A DNA stretch of 64,000 nt from an uncultured bacterium (lineage in GTDB: Bacteria > Chloroflexota > UBA5177 > JANWHV01): positions 992,001 to 1,056,000 of the forward strand of contig CAWHAE010000012.1 in the NCBI GenBank assembly GCA_963827235.1, read 5' to 3'. Below the pieces are notes generated by a model. That model searched no databases and was not told the DNA's origin. It saw only the letters and a program-made list of their open reading frames with translations. The translations under genes and the position numbers were made by a program. Below are positions 38,980-47,265 of the stretch, piece by piece. The stretch's first letter is position 1. Each line of letters starts with the position of its first letter.

Positions 38980-39699
38980 ATGAACGACGCAGCAGATCTG
39001 CCCACGACCCCGGAACCGGAGCGTGCGGGTGATCGGTGTACGCTGCGGGCCGACGCGGAACGCAACCGCCGGCTGATCGTGGAGGCAGCACGCGCGGTAT
39101 TCGCAGAGCGCGGCCTCGACGTGCCGTTGGAGGCGATCGCCCAGCGGGCGGGCGTAGGGATCGCGACCCTCTATCGCCGCTTCCCGACACGCGAGGATCT
39201 GATCGCGGCCAGCTTCGCGGACAAGATGGCCGAGTACGCGAAGGCAGCAGCGGAGGCGCTGCAGGAGCCGGATGCCTGGTCCGGCTTCTGCGACTACATG
39301 AAGCGTGTGTGCGCGATGCAGGCGAACGACCGCGGTCTGCGCGAAGTGCTGACGCTGGCCTTTTCCAGGAACGCGGCCCTGGAGGCTCAGCGAGCCCAGG
39401 CGTACGCGTCCTTCGTCGAGCTCGTGTGCCGGGCCCAGGCCGGCGGCATGCTGCGTGGCGATTTCGTGCCGGAGGACCTGGTCTTGCTGCTGATGGCCAA
39501 CGCCGGGGTGGTGCAGGGCATGCGCGAAGCCGCGCCTGCGGCCTGGCAGCGTCTCGTCGGCCTGATGATCGACGCCTGTCGCGCCGACCACGCAAGCGCC
39601 CTGCCGCCGCCGCCCACGCCCGCCCAGGTGTACCGCGCCATGCGCCGGCTATCGCGCGCGCCAAAGGAGGCTGGGAGCCGGGCCCTGAGCTGCGGATGA
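38980..39699 (+). CDS. TetR/AcrR family transcriptional regulator
   Basis: LRADAERNR...AARAVFAERG...IAQRAGVGIATLYRRFPTREDL. Confidence 0.93.
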   Translation: MNDAADLPTTPEPERAGDRCTLRADAERNRRLIVEAARAVFAERGLDVPLEAIAQRAGVGIATLYRRFPTREDLIAASFADKMAEYAKAAAEALQEPDAWSGFCDYMKRVCAMQANDRGLREVLTLAFSRNAALEAQRAQAYASFVELVCRAQAGGMLRGDFVPEDLVLLLMANAGVVQGMREAAPAAWQRLVGLMIDACRADHASALPPPPTPAQVYRAMRRLSRAPKEAGSRALSCG

Positions 39700-39879
39700 T
39701 ATCCCAAGCACTCACAGTGAGTGCCGGCCCGGGTTTCCAGAGGAGCGGATGAGCAGAGGCGGACGACCGCCGTTCTTGGTGCACGCCGCATCATCGCACG
39801 ATCGCAGCAGGTGGGTGCTGAGGCCGGACCTGGAGCCGCCGGGCGATCGAGAGAATCCCGCGGCGGCAGGCAAGCAGCA

Positions 39880-39933
39880 GCAAAGACATGGGTGGGAGCC
39901 ACCTGCTGAGGTGGCTCCCACCCATGTCTTTGC
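39880..39933. terminator. Perfect 25-bp hairpin between convergent genes
   Basis: GCAAAGACATGGGTGGGAGCCACCT, loop GCTG, then the exact reverse complement. Confidence 0.75.
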
Positions 39934-39951
39934 AACGGCAACCGGGAACGT

Positions 39952-40533
39952 CTACCGGCGACCGAGCAGCCTCGCGAAGAGTGGAGTGCCGGACAGCCCG
40001 GGAGCAAGAAACAGCTCGTAGAGCAGGGCCAGGAACACGACAATCGTGGCGAGGGTCATGCCGATAGCCGCGTAGAGCGCGTAGCTGCCGACCGTCCACC
40101 AGCCCCAGGCATTGAGCAGCAGGCCACGCAGGGTCTCGCCGCGGAACAGGGTCTGCACTTCCCCGGCCAGGGCCTGGTTCTTGGGAGCAGCCATGGAGAG
40201 TGCGCTCACCTCGGAGTAGGTCTTGCCGCCGCCGATCTCGCGAAGGTGAACGGCCATGTAGTGATTTGCCCAGGTCTTAGCCTGGTCTCCGTTATCCAGC
40301 GCCTCTCCGGCGTACTGCCGCATGGCCGCGGCATCGGCGGGGGGCAGGGCGGACAGCGAGGGATTATTGGCGGCGGGGAACGTGATATGCTGCGAAACCA
40401 GTTCGTCGTGCACGTACGAATGCGTGAAGTTGGCAGCCCAGTAGAGGAAGCCCGAAACGAAAGCAAGGACGACGACGAGCACAATCTGGAGAGTGATCAC
40501 ACGCCAGCGAAGATCGGAAGACATCGTAACCAT
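39952..40533 (-). CDS. Conserved 2-TM membrane protein of unknown function
   Basis: Two TM segments flanking a loop with QHITFP, YAGE, HL..I.GGKTYSE, LFRGETLRGLLL. Family recalled from actinobacterial genomes. Confidence 0.75.
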   Translation of the reverse strand: MVTMSSDLRWRVITLQIVLVVVLAFVSGFLYWAANFTHSYVHDELVSQHITFPAANNPSLSALPPADAAAMRQYAGEALDNGDQAKTWANHYMAVHLREIGGGKTYSEVSALSMAAPKNQALAGEVQTLFRGETLRGLLLNAWGWWTVGSYALYAAIGMTLATIVVFLALLYELFLAPGLSGTPLFARLLGRR

Positions 40534-40740
40534 CACTTTCTGCGCTGCCGTTTGCACGGGCATGCGCAAGCAAGAAAAGCCCTCCACGTGCGCACCACGC
40601 GCGTTGTATGCTGGTACATGAGAATCGCCGCCCATATGCCGCGGCGACGCATGTCCCTCGAGCAACTGGAACCGCGGCACACACACTCGCGCGATGTGAG
40701 CGACCGCCGTGCTTGCATCCAGGGGACAACATGATCTAAG

Positions 40741-40760
40741 ATTTGTTTGTGCAAGCAAAT
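40741..40760. promoter_or_regulatory. Putative MarR operator 1
   Basis: Palindrome-like ATTTGTTTGTGCAAGCAAAT immediately upstream of marR. Confidence 0.6.
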
Positions 40761-40769
40761 TAGCATAAG

Positions 40770-41300
40770 ATGGATGCCATGTCAAGCAACAAGATGGATG
40801 GGAGAGTGTTTTCGGACGAGGAGACTGCCGTGTGGCGAGGACTGCTCTACGTCCACATGAGAGTGCTGCGGGAGCTCGATCAGGAGCTGACCCGTCGACA
40901 CGGTCTGCCCGTGCGGGAGTTTGACGTGCTCATGACCCTGTTCCGGGCGCCGGATTGGCGCCTGCGTATGTCGGAGCTGGCGGAGCGCGTGCTGCTCTCT
41001 CCCAGCGGCCTGACCCGCATGATAGAACGTCTCGAGCGCGAGGGCTGGGTTCAGCGGCGGATCGATCCGGGGGACGCGCGCAGCTACCACGCGACCCTCA
41101 CCGAGCGCGGCGCGCAGCGCCTGGCGGAAGCCAGGGTCACGCACAACGCTATTATTCGCGCACAGTTCATCGATCGCCTGAGCGCCGACGAGTTGCACGA
41201 CCTGGCGACGATCTGGAAGAAGGTGCTGCGAGAGCAGGCGCCGGTGCTCGCCGACGTCGACAGACCGCGCGCCGGTACTCTCCACGGCGCTGCCGGCTGA
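40770..41300 (+). CDS. MarR family transcriptional regulator
   Basis: FDVL..L...LRMSELAERVLLSPSGLTRMIERLE..GWV.R...D.R...LT..G. Confidence 0.93.
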   Translation: MDAMSSNKMDGRVFSDEETAVWRGLLYVHMRVLRELDQELTRRHGLPVREFDVLMTLFRAPDWRLRMSELAERVLLSPSGLTRMIERLEREGWVQRRIDPGDARSYHATLTERGAQRLAEARVTHNAIIRAQFIDRLSADELHDLATIWKKVLREQAPVLADVDRPRAGTLHGAAG

Positions 41301-41422
41301 GCCGGCCCGTCCCTGCCACCCGACGGTAGCTGGAGGCTCGTCGGCCGGTCCTATCGCAGCTTGAGGCCCCGTCGCCGGACCAGGCGCGCGGCTGTGCTTG
41401 ACGAGCGGAGCGTCTCGTGATA

Positions 41423-41442
41423 GTTTGCATGTGCAAGCAAAT
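41423..41442. promoter_or_regulatory. Putative MarR operator 2, upstream of the cytochrome b operon
   Basis: GTTTGCATGTGCAAGCAAAT, 17/20 identical to operator 1. Confidence 0.55.
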
Positions 41443-41586
41443 GGTGGCCACTTGGCTTCGCGGCCAGGGCGTACGGCGCTGCCACTGCTGCAGCGGCTTG
41501 TGCCAGTGGGCGGCTCCAGACGAGATCGGGTGGGCCACGGGCACGGCGCTAGGGTTCGTGCATCGATGCTCGCGAGGAGGTAATCG

Positions 41587-41751
41587 ATGACCCCAAGCTT
41601 CATGAACGCGCCGGCATACGTCTTCCACTGGCAGATCTTCTCGGTCGACATCTATATCTCGGCGGCAAACCTGATCGTGATCGTCGTGATGCTGCTCACG
41701 TTTGCCCTTGCCCTTACGCTTCCCCATCCAGCAGGAAGGAAGTCCCGATGA
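41587..41751 (+). CDS. 54-aa single-TM membrane protein (below the ORF-track cutoff)
   Basis: GAGGAGGT RBS; MTPSFMNAPAYVFHWQIFSVDIYISAANLIVIVVMLLTFALALTLPHPAGRKSR; ATGA overlap with cytochrome b. Confidence 0.75.
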   Translation: MTPSFMNAPAYVFHWQIFSVDIYISAANLIVIVVMLLTFALALTLPHPAGRKSR

Positions 41752-42353
41752 GCATGACGCGCAAGCTGCAGCAGGGGCTGTCCGAGAACCTCCCCTACGA
41801 GGAGCTGCTGCCGTACGAGCAGCCTGCCTACGTCCAGAGCTATGTCTACCTGTTTGGCGTCGCCACGATCGCCAGCTTCATCCTGCTGATCGCCTCCGGC
41901 ATCGTGCTGGCCGCATTCGGCCCGCAGTGGTGGCATTCATCCGGTGCCGGCCACTTCTTCAACAGCGTACACTTCTGGTCGGTGCAGGCATTCTTCTTCT
42001 TCATGGTGCTGCACCTCTGGACCACTTTCTTCCAGGCGGCTTGGCGTGATGGGCGCGGACTGACCTGGGCGGCCGGCATGGTCACTTTCCTCATCTCGAT
42101 CGTCACCGCGTTCACCGGCTACCTGTCGCAGCAGAACTTCGATGCGCAGTGGATCGCCATCCAGGGCAAAGACGCCATGAACTCCATAGGGGTCGGCGCA
42201 TTCTTCAACCTGTTGAACTTCGGCCAGATGTACGGCTTCCACATCTTCATCCTCCCCTGGGTCGTGGCCGGCCTGATCGGCGTGCACCTGCTGCTCGTGC
42301 GCATCAAGGGCGTCGTCAAGCCGTATGCCGACGGAGAGGAGGTGCGATCGTGA
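41748..42353 (+). CDS. Cytochrome b/b6 N-terminal-domain protein (4 TM, di-heme)
   Basis: His pairs H-x13-H (SVHFWS..VLHLW) and H-x14-H (GFHIFILP..GVHLL); FTGYLS. Confidence 0.88.
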   Translation: MSMTRKLQQGLSENLPYEELLPYEQPAYVQSYVYLFGVATIASFILLIASGIVLAAFGPQWWHSSGAGHFFNSVHFWSVQAFFFFMVLHLWTTFFQAAWRDGRGLTWAAGMVTFLISIVTAFTGYLSQQNFDAQWIAIQGKDAMNSIGVGAFFNLLNFGQMYGFHIFILPWVVAGLIGVHLLLVRIKGVVKPYADGEEVRS

Positions 42354-43342
42354 TCGCGCGCAAGAAGATCTACTACCAGGGCATTCGCATGGCGCCCTAC
42401 GATCTCGTTAAGGAGCTCTGTCTGACCCTTGGAGTGGTGACGCTGCTGGTCGTGATCCTGTCCGCCATATTCTCCTCGCCCGACGAGCCGCCGCTTACCC
42501 TGCAGAGCGTCGCGCGCACCACACCGCAGACCTACGTACAAACGGCGCTGGACGAGCTCGACGGCAACAGCCCGATCGCGGGCTATGGTCCACCATACAA
42601 CAATAGCACCGGCTCGGTGCAGTACATCGGGCCGCTCTCCGTGCAGAAGTTGTTCGGCGTCCATATCCCGATCGACACCGCGCAGGACTTCGTGCTGGGC
42701 CCGCTCTCGCAAGTGGCGCCTACCAATCCCTCGTGGAAGGCAGCCCTGGCCCGGTTCAATGCCGCGTCGCCGAAGCAGCAGGCCGACTGGGAGAGCGCCT
42801 ACGACACGGCCCTAGGGAAGGCCACGCAGTCGGGCCTCAGTCTCTCGGTGCCGAGCTGCGCCTGCGGCCCGGTTGCCACGATGCTATCCGCCATGCTCGA
42901 GCTAGGGCAGCAGGGAGCGATGGATGGCCTCCTGTTGACAAACGGCCACTTTTATCAAACCGACTACACCCGGCCACTGCTCTTCATGCAGAACGATGCC
43001 GTGACCAATCGTGCCGGCCAGCTCCACCTGCAGGGCTCGCAGTGGGGCGTGATGAACGAGACCGGCAACTACCCCGGGCAGGCATGGCTCTGGCTCTACA
43101 CGCTCTTCTACCAGATACCGCCCTACACGACGGCCTGGGCAGCCAACACCGATCTCCTGGCAGTGCTCAGCGTGACCATTCTGTCTCTGCTCTTGCTGTT
43201 TCTGCCCTGGATTCCAGGCCTGAACCGTCTGCCGCGTGCCCTCAAGGTCTACCGGCTGATCTGGAAGGATCATTATCGGGAACAGGCCACGCCGCCACCT
43301 GCCGCGCCTGCGAGCCCACCCGTGGCAGGAACGAGCCACTGA
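42350..43342 (+). CDS. Cytochrome b6 subunit-IV-like membrane protein with large extracytoplasmic insert
   Basis: GTGA overlap and GAGGAGG RBS; PYDLVKE followed by a TM, ~210-aa soluble loop, PGQAWLWLYT, final TM ending LPWIP. Confidence 0.7.
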   Translation: MIARKKIYYQGIRMAPYDLVKELCLTLGVVTLLVVILSAIFSSPDEPPLTLQSVARTTPQTYVQTALDELDGNSPIAGYGPPYNNSTGSVQYIGPLSVQKLFGVHIPIDTAQDFVLGPLSQVAPTNPSWKAALARFNAASPKQQADWESAYDTALGKATQSGLSLSVPSCACGPVATMLSAMLELGQQGAMDGLLLTNGHFYQTDYTRPLLFMQNDAVTNRAGQLHLQGSQWGVMNETGNYPGQAWLWLYTLFYQIPPYTTAWAANTDLLAVLSVTILSLLLLFLPWIPGLNRLPRALKVYRLIWKDHYREQATPPPAAPASPPVAGTSH

Positions 43343-43587
43343 TGGACCGGCACGCGCTGCAGTCGCACGTTCTCGTTCTACTGGCCGCGCTCTGCGGCGT
43401 CGTCGGCATGGCGGTCGTGTATTCGGCCGCCGCCGACGGCAAGCCGGGGGACTTGACGCTGGGCCTGCCGCTGCTCCTCATCGGACTTTGGTGGTCCGGC
43501 ATCCAGCTCGGGCGCAGCCAGGCAGCCGTCCGTGCCCGTCGAACGGCCCGGACGCAAGCCCGACCCCCGAACAAGATCGGCAGGTGA
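43342..43587 (+). CDS. Small 2-TM membrane protein
   Basis: TGATG coupling to the upstream gene; two hydrophobic helices and a basic tail. Confidence 0.7.
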   Translation: MDRHALQSHVLVLLAALCGVVGMAVVYSAAADGKPGDLTLGLPLLLIGLWWSGIQLGRSQAAVRARRTARTQARPPNKIGR

Positions 43588-43668
43588 GGGTAGCCGGGGG
43601 CTCCACGCGCGCGATGGCGCACGGTATGGACTCGACATGCATCAGTGCGCCCGGCGATGCGGTGCTCG

Positions 43669-44199
43669 CTATTGCAGCGACTTGAGCAGGCCCGCAGCCA
43701 GTTCCTGTCGCTCGGCACTGGTCAGTGCTGCCTTGGGATGCATGAGCGTGTAGTAGCTGGGCGGCATGTCGCCCCTGCTCACCGCGTCCGCTGCCCTGCT
43801 CGCCTGCCGGGCAGGCGATCTGCCGCCGTAGCCAGCGCCGGTTTGCCACTCGGAGAAGTTGAGCCGATTTCGCCCTCTGACCACGTCGTATGTGACCAGC
43901 CACGACACCGGCGCCACGTGGCTGTACCAGGGCCAGGTCGTCGCATTGCTGTGGCAGTCGTAGCAGGCGTCGCGCACCAGCGTCGCGGTGCGGGCGCTGT
44001 CCCAGGTGGGCTGGCCGGTCACCCGCGGATTCGTCTGCAGCAGCCACACCGGCACGAGCTGCGCGAGGACGAACAATCCAATCAAGATCAGCACGAGCCT
44101 CTTGGGGCGCAGCCATGGTCCGTACCACGGTGTCGCACTTCGTTCAGGCAGGCCTCCGCCCGGCATTGTCCTATCAGACGGCCCGCCACGAGACTCCAT
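43669..44199 (-). CDS. Heme-binding (Haem_bd-type) mono-heme c cytochrome, membrane-anchored
   Basis: CYDCH (CxxCH), WPWYSHVAPVSW, LNFSEW, MPP..Y; AAGGAG RBS. Confidence 0.88.
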   Translation of the reverse strand: MESRGGPSDRTMPGGGLPERSATPWYGPWLRPKRLVLILIGLFVLAQLVPVWLLQTNPRVTGQPTWDSARTATLVRDACYDCHSNATTWPWYSHVAPVSWLVTYDVVRGRNRLNFSEWQTGAGYGGRSPARQASRAADAVSRGDMPPSYYTLMHPKAALTSAERQELAAGLLKSLQ

Positions 44200-44383
44200 G
44201 GTGTGCTCCTTCTTGCTCACAACTCGTACGCCAACAGCCTAGCGTACGCCGAGATGTCCAGTCTATAGGCTGTTGCCGACCAGTCGGCCGTAGCGAGTTC
44301 GCCGGCTCGTCTGGCCCAGCGGCGAGTTCGGCCACCGGTGTGACTACGTCTCCACCGGCAGCCGCACCCAGGGCACAGGGCGC

Positions 44384-44842
44384 CTACATCAGGTGCGCCT
44401 GCTTGAGCGCCGCCAGCAGCGACTGGTAGAATGCCTCGCTGGTCATCGTGGCACCGGAGATGGCATAGATGTTCTTGATGTTGGCCGCGGTCTTGGCCTG
44501 CAGCACTTCCTGGCGCAACATGGGGATGGCCTGGTTGTTGATGAATGCCGAGCGAGCGCGCTCGGTCGGCGCCGTGGCCGAGAGATCGGTGACTGTCTTG
44601 CCCGTCACCACGATGGTCACCTGCACCGGACCCCACTGCATGTTCGCGCTGGGTCCGACATATTTGTGCGCCGATGCCGGTTTCGCCTTCGCCTTGGCGA
44701 CGGGCGTGCGCGTCGCAGTAACCGCGGGCTTGGACGCCTGCGCCACGGAACCATGGGCGGGTCCATACCAGGCCACGGCTGCGGCTACCGGGAGCGCGGC
44801 GATCGTGGTGGCGTATAGGGTGGTACGAAGCTGGTTCTGCAT
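44384..44842 (-). CDS. Secreted FMN-binding (flavinylated) protein 1
   Basis: Signal peptide; WGPVQVTI, IN..A.P.L..E, ISGATMTS flavinylation motif. Confidence 0.88.
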   Translation of the reverse strand: MQNQLRTTLYATTIAALPVAAAVAWYGPAHGSVAQASKPAVTATRTPVAKAKAKPASAHKYVGPSANMQWGPVQVTIVVTGKTVTDLSATAPTERARSAFINNQAIPMLRQEVLQAKTAANIKNIYAISGATMTSEAFYQSLLAALKQAHLM

Positions 44843-44885
44843 GGTCTTCTTCTCCATGTGGATCATGCTGTTGGTCGCGCGATAG

Positions 44886-46271
44886 CTAGAGCGCGAAGCG
44901 TTCGGAATGGATGTGCTTGCGCGGCACGTTGGCGCGCCGCAGGTCGCGGTCCACCGCGCGCATCATAGGCGGCGGTCCGCAGAGATAGACGTCGCGGTCG
45001 ACGATGTCGGGCACGAGCTGCCGAAGGTGATCAGGGGAAAGCAGATCGCGGAATTCCGGGCGTGCGTGGTCCCCGAGCACGAAGTGCAACGTGAAGCCGC
45101 GCTCCTGTGCCAGCCGCTCGAGCTCCTCCCGGAAGACGAGATCCGTAGCCGAGATGGCCCGGTAGATGAGGGTGAGATCGCCCGGCATCGCCTCCGCCAT
45201 GGCGCGAATCGGCGTGATACCGATGCCGCCTGCGATGAAGAGCACGCGCTCGCAGCGCCGCGCCACGTCGGTGAAGACGCCGAACGGCCCTTCGGCAAGC
45301 ACGCGCGTGCCGGGCACAATCTCGCCCACGCGGCCGGTGAAGTCTCCGGAGGCCTTCACGGTGATGCGCAGCGACCGCTGCCCGGAAGCCTCGGAGAGCG
45401 AGAAGGGGTGGCACTCCCACCAGCGGCCCCGGCTGAGAAAGCGCCACAGAAAGAACTGACCCGGACGCACGCGGAGCCGCTCGAGGCCGCGGCCCGTGAT
45501 GCGCAGGGATACGACGCCGGGACTTTCGACAACCACAGACTCCACGCGCATGCGGTAACGCAGCGCCTGGCCGACCGGCATCAGGATCCGGAACCACACG
45601 AGCACCGCGGCCGTGGCGACGTAGAGCGACGTCCAATAGGTCGCCGCGGCCGGGTTCGCGGTCAGCTCGTTGCCGGTTGGGATCTGGTGAAACCAGGCAA
45701 GGGCGATGCCCAGGTACACCAGAAGATGGACCGCATACCAGGCCTCGTAGCGGAAGTGCCGGCGCACGATGACCAGTGAGGTGACCACCGTGCCAATCAT
45801 CACCACGGTGCCGATCGTGGCCGCGATCATGCCCGGGTAGTCCAGAACCAGGCGCGAAATCTCGGTGGGGACCACGACCTGATCCATCGACGCGTAGCCG
45901 ACGGTGATGAACACCACGTGTGCGAGCACCAGACAAAGGCAGAGTTTGCCATTGAGCCGGTGCCAGACCGTGAGCCGGTCGAAACCAAGTGCACGCTCAA
46001 GCCAGGGCAAACGAGCGAGCAGCAGTACCTGGATCAGGGCCAGGTAAGCGCTGAGCAGCCCGGTCAGCCGCCCGATACTGGTCCACAGGTCTCCCCAGCC
46101 GTGCACTGCAGAGATGTTCTTGCCGGATACCCAGAGCCACACAATCGCCAGCGCGTTGGCCGTCACGATCGCTGCGAGCGCCCAGGCAGGCGCGGTCCGG
46201 GAGTCCGGGCCTCGGCGGCGCGCCGTGACGAGCCGGCTATCCCGCCAGTTCTGTGCGAGTCCCATGCTCAT
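44886..46271 (-). CDS. Ferric-reductase-like TM domain + FAD/NAD(P)H reductase 1
   Basis: 6 TM with His pairs; HPFS, AEGPFG, AGGIGITP, YLCGP, IHSERF. Confidence 0.92.
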   Translation of the reverse strand: MSMGLAQNWRDSRLVTARRRGPDSRTAPAWALAAIVTANALAIVWLWVSGKNISAVHGWGDLWTSIGRLTGLLSAYLALIQVLLLARLPWLERALGFDRLTVWHRLNGKLCLCLVLAHVVFITVGYASMDQVVVPTEISRLVLDYPGMIAATIGTVVMIGTVVTSLVIVRRHFRYEAWYAVHLLVYLGIALAWFHQIPTGNELTANPAAATYWTSLYVATAAVLVWFRILMPVGQALRYRMRVESVVVESPGVVSLRITGRGLERLRVRPGQFFLWRFLSRGRWWECHPFSLSEASGQRSLRITVKASGDFTGRVGEIVPGTRVLAEGPFGVFTDVARRCERVLFIAGGIGITPIRAMAEAMPGDLTLIYRAISATDLVFREELERLAQERGFTLHFVLGDHARPEFRDLLSPDHLRQLVPDIVDRDVYLCGPPPMMRAVDRDLRRANVPRKHIHSERFAL

Positions 46272-46277
46272 CGCGGC

Positions 46278-46364
46278 TCACCCCACCCAGCTTGGGTTGG
46301 ACATTAGGAAGCGTCGTAGCGACCTCGCACGTGACTGCATGCCACGTTTCATGGTGCTGTTCAT
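46278..46364 (-). CDS. Possible 28-aa leader ORF
   Basis: GGAGG 4 nt before the first ATG; MNSTMKRGMQSRARSLRRFLMSNPSWVG; its TGA is in frame, two codons before the reductase ATG. Confidence 0.3.
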   Translation of the reverse strand: MNSTMKRGMQSRARSLRRFLMSNPSWVG

Positions 46365-46635
46365 GGCACCTCCATCGTTGATAGTGGTGAAAGATGCGCC
46401 GTTGCAAGATGTGAGGATCTTGCTCCGAGGCCCACAGACTCAGGCATGGTGCGGAACGCCGCGTTGCTGGCCGGCAAAGCGACGCCGTCCCGGCCCACCA
46501 CGCGGCGCAGTTAGCACGACGAGATCTGCATGCCGGCGCGCCGGCGACGTCATAGTCGCAGCTCGCAGTGCACGCGGGTCGACGTGATCTGTTCCGGCGC
46601 GGTGCCGGGCGGGCGATGGGGCCGCCCGTATTTCA

Positions 46636-46689
46636 ACAGTACAGTCCGGCCATGAAGAATCGATGACGGTGGCCATGACAATTCGATGA
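46636..46689 (-). promoter_or_regulatory. Direct-repeat box promoter, doubled box
   Basis: Coding strand: TCAT-N7-TCAT-N8-TCAT-N7-TCAT-N10-TACTGT. Confidence 0.6.
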
Positions 46690-46713
46690 CACACGCCGTC
46701 GAGCTTCCCGGTG

Positions 46714-47250
46714 CTACAGGTGGGCGGCTGCCAGAGCCGCCTGAAGCGATCCGAGGTACGACTCGCTCGTGTACGTGGCGCCGGAGACGGCATTGATGTT
46801 CGCGCTTTGCGCCTGCAACGTCTCGCTGCGCAGGATCGGTACGGCCTGCGAATTAATGTAGGCGGAGCGCGGATTATCTTGCGGCGCTGTGATGATCGCG
46901 TCGGTGATCTTGTTCCCGGTAACGACCAGGGTGACTTGCACGGTTCCGAACCGGTTCTGTTCGGCAGTCCCCGTGTAGGTCCGCGCTGCGCCTGACGTCG
47001 AGGTGGCGGCGCCGGAGGCTGTCGCTCCTCCCGCACCGGACGAGCCGCCCGAGGCGGCGCTGCCCGCCGTGGGCGTGGCCGCGGAGAGAGCCGTCGTTTG
47101 CCCGGGCGACTGCCGGGGCGCCAGAGCCACAAGCTGCGTCGATGGCGATGCATGTGCCAATATCTCCGCCGCGGTGACCACCGGTATTGCCGTAGCGGCC
47201 ACCACCATCGCGGCCGGAATCAGTCGAGACGCCTTGCTTCGTGATTTCAT
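46714..47250 (-). CDS. Secreted FMN-binding (flavinylated) protein 2
   Basis: N-terminal hydrophobic helix, S/G/A/T linker, FGTVQVTL, VSGATYTS motif. Confidence 0.88.
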   Translation of the reverse strand: MKSRSKASRLIPAAMVVAATAIPVVTAAEILAHASPSTQLVALAPRQSPGQTTALSAATPTAGSAASGGSSGAGGATASGAATSTSGAARTYTGTAEQNRFGTVQVTLVVTGNKITDAIITAPQDNPRSAYINSQAVPILRSETLQAQSANINAVSGATYTSESYLGSLQAALAAAHL

Positions 47251-47265
47251 ATCCAGGTCTTCTTA

